A stretch of DNA of 64,000 nucleotides from an uncultured delta proteobacterium (GCA_963696385.1 CAVOKF010000001.1:32001-96000), one strand, 5' to 3'. Shown: positions 10,404 through 19,533, numbered from the stretch's first letter. Translations and numbers: made by a program. Notes: generated by a model not told the origin, from the letters alone.

Positions 10404-10769
10404 TCACTTCGACTTACCGGAAGAACTTGGCTGATTTTTCGGCGAAGGAGGCCGGTCGCCGATGATCTCCTCAACTCGGTACAACTCTGACGGAAGGCAC
10501 CGACCGCAGTTGCTCGTTACTGCCGCCTCGCGAGGGAAGCTAACGCCACCTCTATAGAAGTAGGTCGGCTTCGAAAGTCCGAGCACTCGGCCGGTATGGC
10601 TATTGGGGCCAATGGCAAGACACGCTTCTTGCCGTTGCGTACCCGTACCAACGACGACGAGCCACCTATCCGATTGATCCGGATCGCCATCGCGCGCCGG
10701 CATCTTGCGTACAACTATTGCCGGCCGATATTTGTCGGCTTGAACCCAAACGCAATCACCCGGCGCCAA
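10404..10769 (-). CDS. PemK/MazF-like putative toxin
   Basis: PGDCVWVQADKYRPAIVV matches the GDxxWV..KxRPxxV start of PemK/MazF folds; later GLSKPT; TTG 10769 (or GTG 10781) overlaps the upstream stop. Confidence 0.55.
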   Translation of the reverse strand: MAPGDCVWVQADKYRPAIVVRKMPARDGDPDQSDRWLVVVGTGTQRQEACLAIGPNSHTGRVLGLSKPTYFYRGGVSFPREAAVTSNCGRCLPSELYRVEEIIGDRPPSPKNQPSSSGKSK

Positions 10770-11514
10770 TGTCCGGGTCACCGAGCGGGGAGTACACATC
10801 CTTGCCGCTGGCGAAGGCTTCGCGGCGCCAGGTCTCGATCTCACCCTGATCGAAAGCGGGCTTCGTTGGTCCCTGCGCAGCCGCAATCAGGTTGGCAAGA
10901 AACTCGTTCACTCCGTCAGCGAGGTGGCGGGCGAGGGCTAGGGCGAGCCACGGTTCGAGCCTCTTCCCCAAGTTGACTGCTCTAAAGACCCCGATGGCTG
11001 CGACGATCGCCTTCGACAGCGCCAACATCGCGCGGCGCATCTCGAGCGGCGCATCGGTGTCGTAAAACATATCAACGGGCGTGTGCGTCGCACGCGCCAT
11101 CTCGCTTGGTGACGCTCGCTGAATCACCGGGACCATGGCCCTCGCAAACGAAGCCATGTGCTCCCACCCTCCGCAAAAAATCTTCATCGGCTCTTCGCCG
11201 AGCGTTCGGCGAAGAGGTGGGCTGAAGCGATCTAAAATCCAGTGACGACGACGCCGCGCCCGCTTGAGGGTCGCTTGGTTGGGCAACGACCTGACCCAGA
11301 ACGACGGGTCGCACGCGACCAGCTCCAATCGCTCCGACAAGTCGTCAACGCTTGACGCCTCCAGAACATTGTCCGCGAACGCATCGAAGTGGCACTGCAA
11401 GGCTCTCGCGGTCGCATTCGCCAAAGCACGGTCGTCCGGTCGCGGCTCGAAGAACCCCAAGAGCAGCGACAGCCCCAAGTTGTCTGCGGCAGCTACAGCG
11501 TTCATCGTCTGCAT
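10756..11514 (-). CDS. Hypothetical protein (possible partner of the PemK-like gene)
   Basis: 252-aa helical-looking ORF coupled to the downstream gene inside element 1. Confidence 0.55.
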   Translation of the reverse strand: MQTMNAVAAADNLGLSLLLGFFEPRPDDRALANATARALQCHFDAFADNVLEASSVDDLSERLELVACDPSFWVRSLPNQATLKRARRRRHWILDRFSPPLRRTLGEEPMKIFCGGWEHMASFARAMVPVIQRASPSEMARATHTPVDMFYDTDAPLEMRRAMLALSKAIVAAIGVFRAVNLGKRLEPWLALALARHLADGVNEFLANLIAAAQGPTKPAFDQGEIETWRREAFASGKDVYSPLGDPDIGAG

Positions 11515-11943
11515 CCGAAGTTCACGTCGTCGTGACCCACCTCAATCATGCGTCCCGCCCGTCGATCGAAGCCGGTGCATGGCGAGCGGAACGACCAGCG
11601 ACGCACTCGTAAATTTTGCCATCGCCATCGCGATTGTCGAGGGCACCGGAACGTACACGCGGTTGGCCGTTGCTATCAAGCGTTACAGAATAGAGCCACT
11701 TTCGCTCAGTGCTACGCCGCGTGCCGCTATATGACCTACGCTTGACGTTACGAATCGGCGCGACGAAAAATGTAAGCCGCAGCGTCCTACACCGCACCGT
11801 GGCGGGAACTCAGCCGGATTTTGTCTACATTGTGGGCGTCCACTAATCATTAGGCTGGACGTCCACTGGTCATACGCCGGTCATACGCGATTTATGGGCA
11901 TCGCATCGATTTTACGGGCAGGTCGCGTTTTATAGGCAAAGCC

Positions 11944-12108
11944 CCCCAGCAGGAGACGAGACGGGTACCCGTGTTGATGCGATCACCCGCGACACCCTGA
12001 GCGTTCGCTCCGCCTCGACTCGCTTCGCTCGCTCCGCTCCGCTCCCGCCGTACCACCGGGGCTCACGTCGAGGGGAGCGAAGGCCGCTCCCCTCGAGCTC
12101 CCCAGCAG
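11944..12108 (+). repeat. REP-like repeat copy 2, permuted (tail then head), bounded by ccccagcag direct repeats
   Basis: ccccagcag at 11944-11952 and 12100-12108; same hairpin and palindrome as copy 1. Confidence 0.85.
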
Positions 12109-12474
12109 GGCTTTGCCTATAAAACGCGGCCTGCCCAGAAAAGCGGCAAGCTGCCCAGAAAAAGGCGTCGGCCGCGCCGTGTCGATAATCGACAGCAGTA
12201 GCGTGTATTGTCGGACGATGACGCTAAGTGCAACATCGCATCTAGATGTCGGAATAGTTCAATATTTCTGCGGTAAGATGTCGTAGCCATCAATTGCTGC
12301 ACAATTGATCGCCAACTTTCCGCCTACGCGAAATGGCTCAGCTCGGGGTGGTTCGCGAAACCAGGATCACGCGTGGTCATTGGCGATGTTTGAAGCTCCT
12401 GTCGTTCCTGATAGTTGCAGCTCGTCCGATCAAATCTGTGGCGCATGCGTCGATGATAGCTTATTCCATGGACC

Positions 12475-13068
12475 ATGCGATACGAGGTCCTGACAAGAGA
12501 CGGTGTCCGTATAGTGGCGTCGTCTCCAGCCGATGCCGTTGCGTTGGCGAAGGCCGTAGCAGAGGACGAGGCGGCTTCGCAGAAGAAGGCGCGCCGAGCC
12601 GTTAGTGGCTCGGCCAATGGCCACGCGCCGACCGCACCACCGGCTAACCTTTTCGAGAACGAGGACACTGAGGAGTTGAACAGCCTTGGTGCCTCCTCCG
12701 AGGTCAAGCAATACTGGACGAAGCTAAACTTGGCCCAGCGTATGGCGCTGCGTTCGATCATAAGATCTCCGAACGGCGTCGCACTGGAGGAGATTCGTTC
12801 CGCAGCCGACCTTGCGTCTACCCGCGAGACTTCTGTCTTGTTGAGCCAGTGCGCCAGAGTAGCCGGCAAATGTGGGATTAAGCTGGTCCGATCTGGCCAC
12901 GTTCGAGATCCGCGGTGCGCGCGAGCAGCGCACATCCGTCTACTTTCCAGGACCCCTACTTCGCCGGCCGGAGGAAGCACCGACATAGGCCACCAATCCG
13001 CCAGTGGCGGAATTCAGACAAAGAAAAGCCGCGACAACATTAGAGTTTGCGGGCCGGTGGCGAAGTAG
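12475..13068 (+). CDS. Hypothetical protein, possibly winged-helix; possible frameshift near 12884
   Basis: WTKLNLAQRMALRSII.SPNGVALEEI resembles a wHTH; a shifted frame gives WSDLATFEIRGAREQRTSVYFPGPLL ending at 12988. Confidence 0.45.
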   Translation: MRYEVLTRDGVRIVASSPADAVALAKAVAEDEAASQKKARRAVSGSANGHAPTAPPANLFENEDTEELNSLGASSEVKQYWTKLNLAQRMALRSIIRSPNGVALEEIRSAADLASTRETSVLLSQCARVAGKCGIKLVRSGHVRDPRCARAAHIRLLSRTPTSPAGGSTDIGHQSASGGIQTKKSRDNIRVCGPVAK

Positions 13069-13349
13069 GAACGCGTCGGAGCTGCCACTCCGATACGAAT
13101 CGGTGCGATCCCGATCCGGCCCTTTTCACTCAGTTATCGCGGCTTTACGGCCCGGACGGGGTACGGCCGAGACGTTTCGCAGCAGAACGCCTTGTTTCGT
13201 AGCACGCCCTCCGCACGGGCGCTCGAAAACCGCGTGCGTGCGGAGAGGAAAGGTGTGTTGTGCGGTCACATGACCGAACGTTATTACGGATAAGTTGAGA
13301 TCCAAGATGTAATCCGGCCCGGTTCGGCGAAAGCCTTGAGCCGGGCGGT

Positions 13350-13544
13350 TCACTTGTCTGCCTTTCGCTCTGCTTTGGCGGCGCGGATCAGGCGCTCGAC
13401 AGCCCACGCGCTGACAGTGATGCCCGCCGACGAGGCAGCTTCCTTGACGAGCGCGTCTTGGTCCGGCGTCAGCCGAACGCGAAGGAAGACGGTACGCCTT
13501 GCCTCGTCTGGCTTTCGCCGTTCGATCGCCTTGGACTTCGCCAG
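13350..13544 (-). pseudogene. Ribbon-helix-helix (DUF1778-like) regulator lacking a canonical start codon
   Basis: Manual translation, not in the ORF track: (L)AKSKAIERRKPDEARRTVFLRVRLTPDQDALVKEAASSAGITVSAWAVERLIRAAKAERKADK*; begins at CTG with no in-frame ATG/GTG/TTG upstream. Confidence 0.7.
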
Positions 13545-14691
13545 AGCGGCGCGGCTGACGGTTACGTCGTGGACGTCGCGGTCGGCAAGTGCTCATGCCC
13601 CGACCACGAGACGCGGGCGGTCAAGTGCAAGCACCAATGGGCCGTGGAGTTCGTTCAGAAGCAGACGACGATCGAGACGATGACGAACGCGGATGGTACG
13701 TCGACGGTCCGCGAGACGACGCGCGAGGTGCGGGTGAAGTACACCCAGAATTGGCCAGCGTATAACGCAGCCCAGACGACCGAGAAGGAACACGTCGGCC
13801 GGCTTCTGCGCGCGCTTTGTGATGGCATCCAAGAGCCACCGCAGGCGCGTGGTCGCCCTCGTCTGCCGCTCGCCGACGTCGTCCACGCCGCCGCGATGAA
13901 AGTCTACGTTGGCATGTCCGGTCGGCGCGCCTCGACAGACGTCCGGGAATGCGCGGAGAAGGGCTTGATCGCGCACGCCCCGCATTACAACGCCGTGTTT
14001 TCGTATCTCGAACGCGCCGAACTTTTCCCGCTTCTCAAGACGCTAGTGGAAGAGAGCGCGTCGCCGCTCAAAGTGGCAGAGCGGAGCTTCGCCGTCGATT
14101 CGACGGGCTTCGCGACGAGCACGTATGCGCGATGGTTCGATCACAAGTGCGGGCGCGAGATCAAGGAGCAACGCTGGATCAAGTGCCACGCGATGGTCGG
14201 CGTCGCCACGAACGTCGTAACGAGCATTGAAGTGACTGACGGCGCTTCCGCCGATTGCCCGCAGCTGCCGAGGCTCGTCGCCGCGACGGCGCGGAACTTC
14301 ACAATCGCGGAATGTGAGCGCCGACAAAGCGTATCTCGCGCGAGCCAACATCGACGCGATCGAAGCTGTCGGCGCCGTGCCTTACATCCCGTTCAAATCG
14401 AACTCGAAGGGCGACGGTCCCGCAGCGTGGCGCCGAATGTTCGCGCTCTTCACGCTCGAGCGTGAGCGCTTCCTATCGCGCTATCACGCTCGGTCGAACG
14501 TCGAGACGTCGTTCTCAGCGATCAAGCGGCTCTTCGGCGGCGCGGTGCGCGCGAAACTCCCGACGTCGCAGAAGAACGAGGTGCTTCTGAAGTGCCTCGT
14601 GTTCAACCTGACGTGCCTCGTCCACGCGATGCACGAGCTTGGGATCGAACCGACGTTCGGGCCAATCGAGAACGCGAGGTTAGCGTCGTGA
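13541..14691 (+). pseudogene. DDE transposase (IS5/IS4-like) with N-terminal SWIM zinc finger; 5' truncated and frameshifted near 14313
   Basis: CSCPDHETRAVKCKH (SWIM), NWPAYN, AVDSTGF, ADKAY, YHARSNVETSFSAIK (Y-2-R-3-E-6-K); removing one T in GAA-T-GTG joins ORFs 13458 and 14314. Confidence 0.88.
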
Positions 14692-14999
14692 GCGACCTGA
14701 CGGAGGATCAGCAGGAGAACGTCCGCGCCGCGCTCCGATTCTTTCGGACGCGATCGGGAAGCTGGGAGCCCATCGGCCGCGCGCTCGGGTTCGGAAAGAT
14801 GACGCTTTCGCTCGTCGCGAGCGGAAACAAGCCCGTCAGCCCGAAGATGGCGTTCCGCGTGGCGAAGCTGGCAGGCGTCGGCGTGGATGACGTGCTCGCC
14901 GGGGAGTTCCCAGCGCCAGGGACGTGCCCGATGTGCGGGTATCACAGAATCAAGGGCGCCGAAGATTTTGGCGGAGCGTTGATCCACGTCGAGACGTAG
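14688..14999 (+). CDS. XRE-like HTH protein with a CPxCG motif
   Basis: GTGA-coupled to the transposase; SWEPIGRALGFGKMTLSLVASG..VSPKMAFRVAKLAGVGVDDVL; CPMCG. Confidence 0.7.
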   Translation: MSDLTEDQQENVRAALRFFRTRSGSWEPIGRALGFGKMTLSLVASGNKPVSPKMAFRVAKLAGVGVDDVLAGEFPAPGTCPMCGYHRIKGAEDFGGALIHVET

Positions 15000-15001
15000 C
15001 G

Positions 15002-15544
15002 TTAGTTCGACACCGCACCGCTACCCGGATCAGTGGGCGTGATGGACACGTTTTTAGTGAATTCGCTGATGATTTTGTATTTGCTCTGCAGGCGCCACAA
15101 TGCGATTCGCGCAACCGCATAGTAGCTCGACATGAGAAGGACGCAGAGAACGATGGGCCCAGTAGCCATCGCAAGCACGATCAAGGTCCACGTCCATGGG
15201 GCCAACCGCGAGCACTCCCTCTCGCCGTTGACGGCCGCGCATACCAAGAGCAGGATCAGACCGATCACGCATATGACAGCCAATACGAGACATGTCCGCT
15301 GGCACCACGACGTGCGCCGCTCCAGTTTCGCTGGCACCACTGCAATCTTCGCGGTCTCATTCTGAATGGCCGCCGAGTCGCTCGTGAATCGGTCAAGCAC
15401 GATGGCCCTCAGACCATCGGCCGTGGCGACGAGGGAGGCCCTCACGCGAGCCGTAATAAAGCCTCTATAATGCTCCAAAATTCCGAACGCAAAATTGACC
15501 GCGATACCCGCATCCGCGAGGTGGGTCAGAGATTCGATTCGCAC
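15002..15544 (-). CDS. Hypothetical two-TM membrane protein (cargo)
   Basis: Two hydrophobic stretches (CLVLAVICVIGLILLLVCAAV; WTLIVLAMATGPIVLCVLLM); start uncertain. Confidence 0.55.
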   Translation of the reverse strand: MRIESLTHLADAGIAVNFAFGILEHYRGFITARVRASLVATADGLRAIVLDRFTSDSAAIQNETAKIAVVPAKLERRTSWCQRTCLVLAVICVIGLILLLVCAAVNGERECSRLAPWTWTLIVLAMATGPIVLCVLLMSSYYAVARIALWRLQSKYKIISEFTKNVSITPTDPGSGAVSN

Positions 15545-15591
15545 CCTTCGTCTGCCCCCTCTCGTATGCCAGGGCGTAGCCCGTGCGTGAA

Positions 15592-16197
15592 CTAGATGGC
15601 TCCGGCAACCGGCAGCATAGCTGGATGTGCCATTACAAACGCGCGGTCGAATGTAGAAGCAAGTTCGGACGCCACGCGGGGCTCGTTGAAGTTTGCGATT
15701 GCGGACGTGCTCGAATGATCGGTCTCGAATCTGTACCCGACGCTGTCCATGACAGCGATGTGCTTCGCCGCGTTCGTAGCATATGCGCCACGCGCGAATC
15801 GAACGAGCAAGCCTGTGGATCCGCCATGCAAACTGGTCGCCGCCTTGATTAGCGGGCGCTCCAAGAGATCGGCTAGCGTGTTCTGGATGAGAATCTTCAG
15901 CGTTGCGCCAGGCTTCCTTAGAAATCGCGTGGCCGCCTCAATGAGAAACGGCGCGTTGTACGTGCTTGGCGACAGCGAGCCCGTGAAGATGCGCATGTCA
16001 GATGTTGCGCGTTCGAACATTGCTTCCAGCAGGATGGCCGCATGGATTGGCTTCCCGTTCGGGATGCGTTGGTCGATCTGACCCGTTGCGAGTTTGAAGA
16101 TCAGCTTTCGGTACTCGATGACCTCTGGCGCTTGTAGAGCCTGCGCCATCTCAGCCAGTTCGCGCCGAACCTCCGATGGATCTCGTTCGTGCGCCAT
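15592..16197 (-). CDS. Hypothetical protein, possible degenerate PLD-like fold (cargo)
   Basis: RBS then ATG 16197; A..DMRIFTGSL, LKILI, HIAVMDSVGYRFE, ANFNEP..A..L...FD follow the order seen in PLD-like nuclease domains, but there is no HxK. Confidence 0.6.
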   Translation of the reverse strand: MAHERDPSEVRRELAEMAQALQAPEVIEYRKLIFKLATGQIDQRIPNGKPIHAAILLEAMFERATSDMRIFTGSLSPSTYNAPFLIEAATRFLRKPGATLKILIQNTLADLLERPLIKAATSLHGGSTGLLVRFARGAYATNAAKHIAVMDSVGYRFETDHSSTSAIANFNEPRVASELASTFDRAFVMAHPAMLPVAGAI

Positions 16198-16501
16198 TGC
16201 TCCCAATCCTCTCTGCGTCCGCCGATCGCGAACGGTTTGCTTATACCATGCCATACGGCCGTCAAGATGCCCCCAAGAAGGGGGCCCATCGCGCGTAGCA
16301 ATGTTCGAGCGCACTTAGCTGAAAAGGCCAAGTAATTGAACATTTTACGCGCATAGATCGCAATCGCATCCTTCTGGATGCTGAGGCGCCCGGCGCGCCC
16401 GGCCGCGCGAGGTCATCCGGACCAACGGCGCGCCAAAGAAGGCTGGGTAGCGACCCGATCCGCGACGAGGTTCGTGATCGGCCACTTCTGAAATTGCTCA
16501 G

Positions 16502-16699
16502 TCACGGACCTGGAAGGCGACGGTCGATCTCGTCGGCAAACTCCTTCAGCTTGCCCTGGACGATCGGGTTCGTATGGTCATCCTTCATCTTGTCTAGCTG
16601 ACAATGCATCCGCAGCGACATGAAGCCGGCCAGCAGATCGCTCGTCTTGAACGTCCGAGGGTCCCACGCGGATATCGTCTTCTTGTATTCTTCGCTCAT
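16502..16699 (-). CDS. Small hypothetical protein (cargo)
   Basis: 65-aa ATG ORF with protein-like composition next to end A. Confidence 0.4.
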   Translation of the reverse strand: MSEEYKKTISAWDPRTFKTSDLLAGFMSLRMHCQLDKMKDDHTNPIVQGKLKEFADEIDRRLPGP

Positions 16700-16844
16700 C
16701 GTGCGAGCGTACCCGTGGGAATGATTTCGGCCTCCTCCACCGGCAGCATCTGCCGCGAATCGCTCCTCGGTCGATCAGCCTTTCTGGGCAAAATCGCCCG
16801 CTGCCCGTAAAAGACGGGCGGAGGCGGCCTTTATGGGCAAAGCC

Positions 16845-17098
16845 CCTGCTGGGCCTGCTGGGGAGCTCGAGGGGAGCGGCATTCGCTCCCCTCGACGTGT
16901 AGCGGGCCCCGGTACGGCGGGAGCGGAGCCGAGCGAGCGAAGCGAGTCGAGGCGGAGCGAACGCTCAGGGTGTCGCGGGTGATCGCAAGGCCGTGCGAAC
17001 GCTCAGGGTGTCGCGGGTGATCGCAAGGCCGTGCGAACGCTCAGGGTGTCGCGGGTGATCGCAAGGCCGTGCGAACGCTCAGGGTGAGCCGGGTGACC
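16845..17098 (-). repeat. REP-like repeat copy 3 (inverted) with 38-bp tandem expansion
   Basis: Reverse complement of the copy 1 head; unit gaacgctcagggtgtcgcgggtgatcgcaaggccgtgc at 16959, 16997 and 17035, partial at 17073. Confidence 0.9.
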
Positions 17099-19109
17099 TG
17101 GGACTTAGCGCCACCCCGCGGAAGTATTCCGTGCCGCCCGCGCTGGCGACGGCGACGACGCTCGATGTCCCGTTCCAGGGATTGGACACGCCGTCGTCCG
17201 TGAATACGGCAATTCGGTTGGGAATCTCGGCGGCCGTGGTCGCGATGAGCGTGACCTGCGAGCTGCCGGTCTTCAACCCTGCAAGACCTCGAAAGCCGAC
17301 CGCCGCCGCTCCGCCGTCGGCCGACGGCAGCGTCAGCGTCGCAGTTTGCGTCCACGTCCCTGCGACGAGGGAGAATCGTGCGATCCCCAGGGCCTGACCG
17401 CTGACGAGTGTGTCGTCGGCGACGTACAGGGTGTCCGGCCCTGAGCCGCTTGCCCTCAGGTTGACGAAGACGAATTGCCAGGGGCTCGCCGACGTCGACG
17501 ACACGGTCGGTAGGCCCGGCAGTGTGGCGAGCGCCGGCGAGCCGCCGTCGGGCAAACCCGCACCGACCGAGAACACTTCGCCGGCCGTCGTGTCGCCGCT
17601 GCCGTAGAGCTGACTGTCGTAAATGGTCAGCAGGCGGACCGCGGTCGGGTTGAGCATCATGCCGTCGACGACGCCGAACGGGATGTACCAGATGCCACCG
17701 GTCGTTCCTCCGTCGACCGTGCCACCGAGACCGCCCACCCAGAAAGAAGTCCCGTCGGCCGTGACGGAGCTGCGGATGCTGTTCGCACCGTGGAATGCGG
17801 CACTCGAGAATTGCGTCGAGGTGTCCACGTTTCCGGCCGAGTCGATGCGTGCGACGACGATCGTATCCGCCGAATTGGCGGGATTGGCCGTGCCGAGCGC
17901 GGCGTTGTAGCCGGCCATGGAGAGGTACCGGCCGTCCTGCGATCGGGACAGGCCTGCAATCGCAGCGATTCCAGGCATCGTGAGCAGGTCCTGTCCGGCA
18001 TCGGGGACTCCCGTTGGCAGTGCGACGGGGGCCCCCACGAGTCCGCCATCGGACACGAGGCGCTGCTCGATGAAGACGGGGGCCGCGACGGCCGTCAGGA
18101 CTCCGCCGTCGGTCGCACCGATTCGCACGACGTCGAACGTGAACGGAACGCAGGCTCCGGCGCCGTTGCAGATGTCGCCCGCCCCGCACGACGTTCCCTC
18201 GGCCGTCTCGGCAACGCCGCACAGACCCCCGGTACAGGTCGGGACCGAGCAGATCGTGTCTTGCCCGGGACAGTCCGACGCCACAGCGCACTGGGGCTCG
18301 CAGGCGATCGTGGCGGACAGTGAAGTGAATGCCACACCCGTACACGCACCACTATCGACCAGGCCGATGCTCACGGTCACGGTCACCGTGGTGCCCGGAG
18401 TCGAGCATAGGAACTCCGGCGCCAGGGACGTAGCGCCCGGCCCGCCGTCGACGGGGTTCACGAAGCTGCCGCCGGTCGGCGGAGTCACGCTCCATTCGAC
18501 GGTCGAGGGGGCGCTGGCCAGGACGCCGAGCTGCGCGCCCTGGCCGACCGCGAGTGCGGCCGGATTGATTGAAAAGGAGGCGATGGCGGGGCAGAGGATG
18601 GGGGGCTGGTTCACCAGGATGACGCCGGCGTCGACCGCGAACGAGCCGGTCTGGATGTCGGCGTTGAGGCTGGCGTCGGTCGGAACGGTACAGGTGACGA
18701 GGAGGGCGACGTTCGTGATCTGACCCGCCACGACCCCGAATGGGTTCGAGGATCCCGCGCAAGGATCACCCTCGCTGTCGACGCCGAAAACGGAAATCGT
18801 GTAGCCGGATCCCGCAGCGATGCCTCCGGCGACGAATTCGACCGATTGTGCGTCGCCGATCGGTTCGACTCCGCTGTACGAGTTCGGTCCCGAGATCGTC
18901 CAACCCAGCGACGCCAAGGTGACCTGGGTGCCGATCGTCAAAGTCGCACCGACCGCCCCGGTATCGCCTCCGAGGCCCGGGTGGCCGCTGCCGGTCGTGC
19001 CCGTCGGATTGCCTCGATCCGGGGTCCCTTCGCGTGGGCTCGAACAGGCGAGAAACAACGCCCCTGCCATCATCAGCGAAGCGAAGAAGACCTTGGCGAG
19101 TCGTGTCAT
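17079..19109 (-). CDS. Large Cys-rich lipoprotein with beta-rich C-terminal domain
   Basis: MTRLAKVFF...FLAC lipobox; Cys-rich CAVASDC...CNGAGAC segment; ends FRGVALSP. Confidence 0.75.
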   Translation of the reverse strand: MTRLAKVFFASLMMAGALFLACSSPREGTPDRGNPTGTTGSGHPGLGGDTGAVGATLTIGTQVTLASLGWTISGPNSYSGVEPIGDAQSVEFVAGGIAAGSGYTISVFGVDSEGDPCAGSSNPFGVVAGQITNVALLVTCTVPTDASLNADIQTGSFAVDAGVILVNQPPILCPAIASFSINPAALAVGQGAQLGVLASAPSTVEWSVTPPTGGSFVNPVDGGPGATSLAPEFLCSTPGTTVTVTVSIGLVDSGACTGVAFTSLSATIACEPQCAVASDCPGQDTICSVPTCTGGLCGVAETAEGTSCGAGDICNGAGACVPFTFDVVRIGATDGGVLTAVAAPVFIEQRLVSDGGLVGAPVALPTGVPDAGQDLLTMPGIAAIAGLSRSQDGRYLSMAGYNAALGTANPANSADTIVVARIDSAGNVDTSTQFSSAAFHGANSIRSSVTADGTSFWVGGLGGTVDGGTTGGIWYIPFGVVDGMMLNPTAVRLLTIYDSQLYGSGDTTAGEVFSVGAGLPDGGSPALATLPGLPTVSSTSASPWQFVFVNLRASGSGPDTLYVADDTLVSGQALGIARFSLVAGTWTQTATLTLPSADGGAAAVGFRGLAGLKTGSSQVTLIATTAAEIPNRIAVFTDDGVSNPWNGTSSVVAVASAGGTEYFRGVALSPRSPGSP

Positions 19110-19533
19110 CGCGGCTCCAACGATCTGCGCCGCGCCCCCAGGAACGTGGCCGCCCCGCACCAACGCGCAGCTGGTTCGAATTAGCACGAACACCCGTGGC
19201 GTTTTGACGAACTCATCGCGACGATTTGTGTCACCCATCCAAACACGCGGCTCGCGCGCCCGGACGCCCTTCGGGGACACGTCTGCCATCGGTGAACATT
19301 TGCTTCGGAACCGGGTATTTGCCGAATATTTGCCGAGGGAGGCTTCGCGACTCAGACCCTCTCACCGCCAGCCCAATGCCCAAATGCCGGCCGGCCGTGT
19401 GGCGACGCGCAACGGGTGCGCCTGCGTGCATCCTTGTGCGGTCCGGCCGTCCTCGCCTCAGGACGGCGGAGGGGATTCTGCCTGGCGGCGCCGTGTGGGA
19501 TGTTCAGGCACGGCGCGTGCCTGGCGGCCGGTC

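Larger units (their letters stand above)
10247..11943. mobile_element. Non-autonomous cargo transposon (element 1; end A left, end B right)
   Basis: Left end GGCTTTGCCCATAAA, right end (reverse complement) GGCTTTGCCTATAAA; both match the ends of element 2; no transposase inside. Confidence 0.8.
12109..16844. mobile_element. Cargo transposon with SWIM-DDE transposase (element 2; end B left, end A right)
   Basis: End A (16780-16844, reverse complement) matches 10247-10311 at 63/65 nt; end B matches the 11943 end at 27 of the first 28 nt; contains a DDE transposase. Confidence 0.85.

Noticed and set aside
14300..14325. Programmed frameshift in the transposase
   Set aside because: No slippery run at the site, and the break falls between catalytic residues; mutation or sequencing error is more likely
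16959..17098. 38-bp repeats as a CRISPR array
   Set aside because: Units are identical and head-to-tail with no unique spacers, there are no cas genes, and they are part of the REP-like element
19506..19522. aGGCACggcgcGTGCc before pyk as a sigma54 promoter
   Set aside because: Very close to the start codon and equally explained as a GC-rich hairpin
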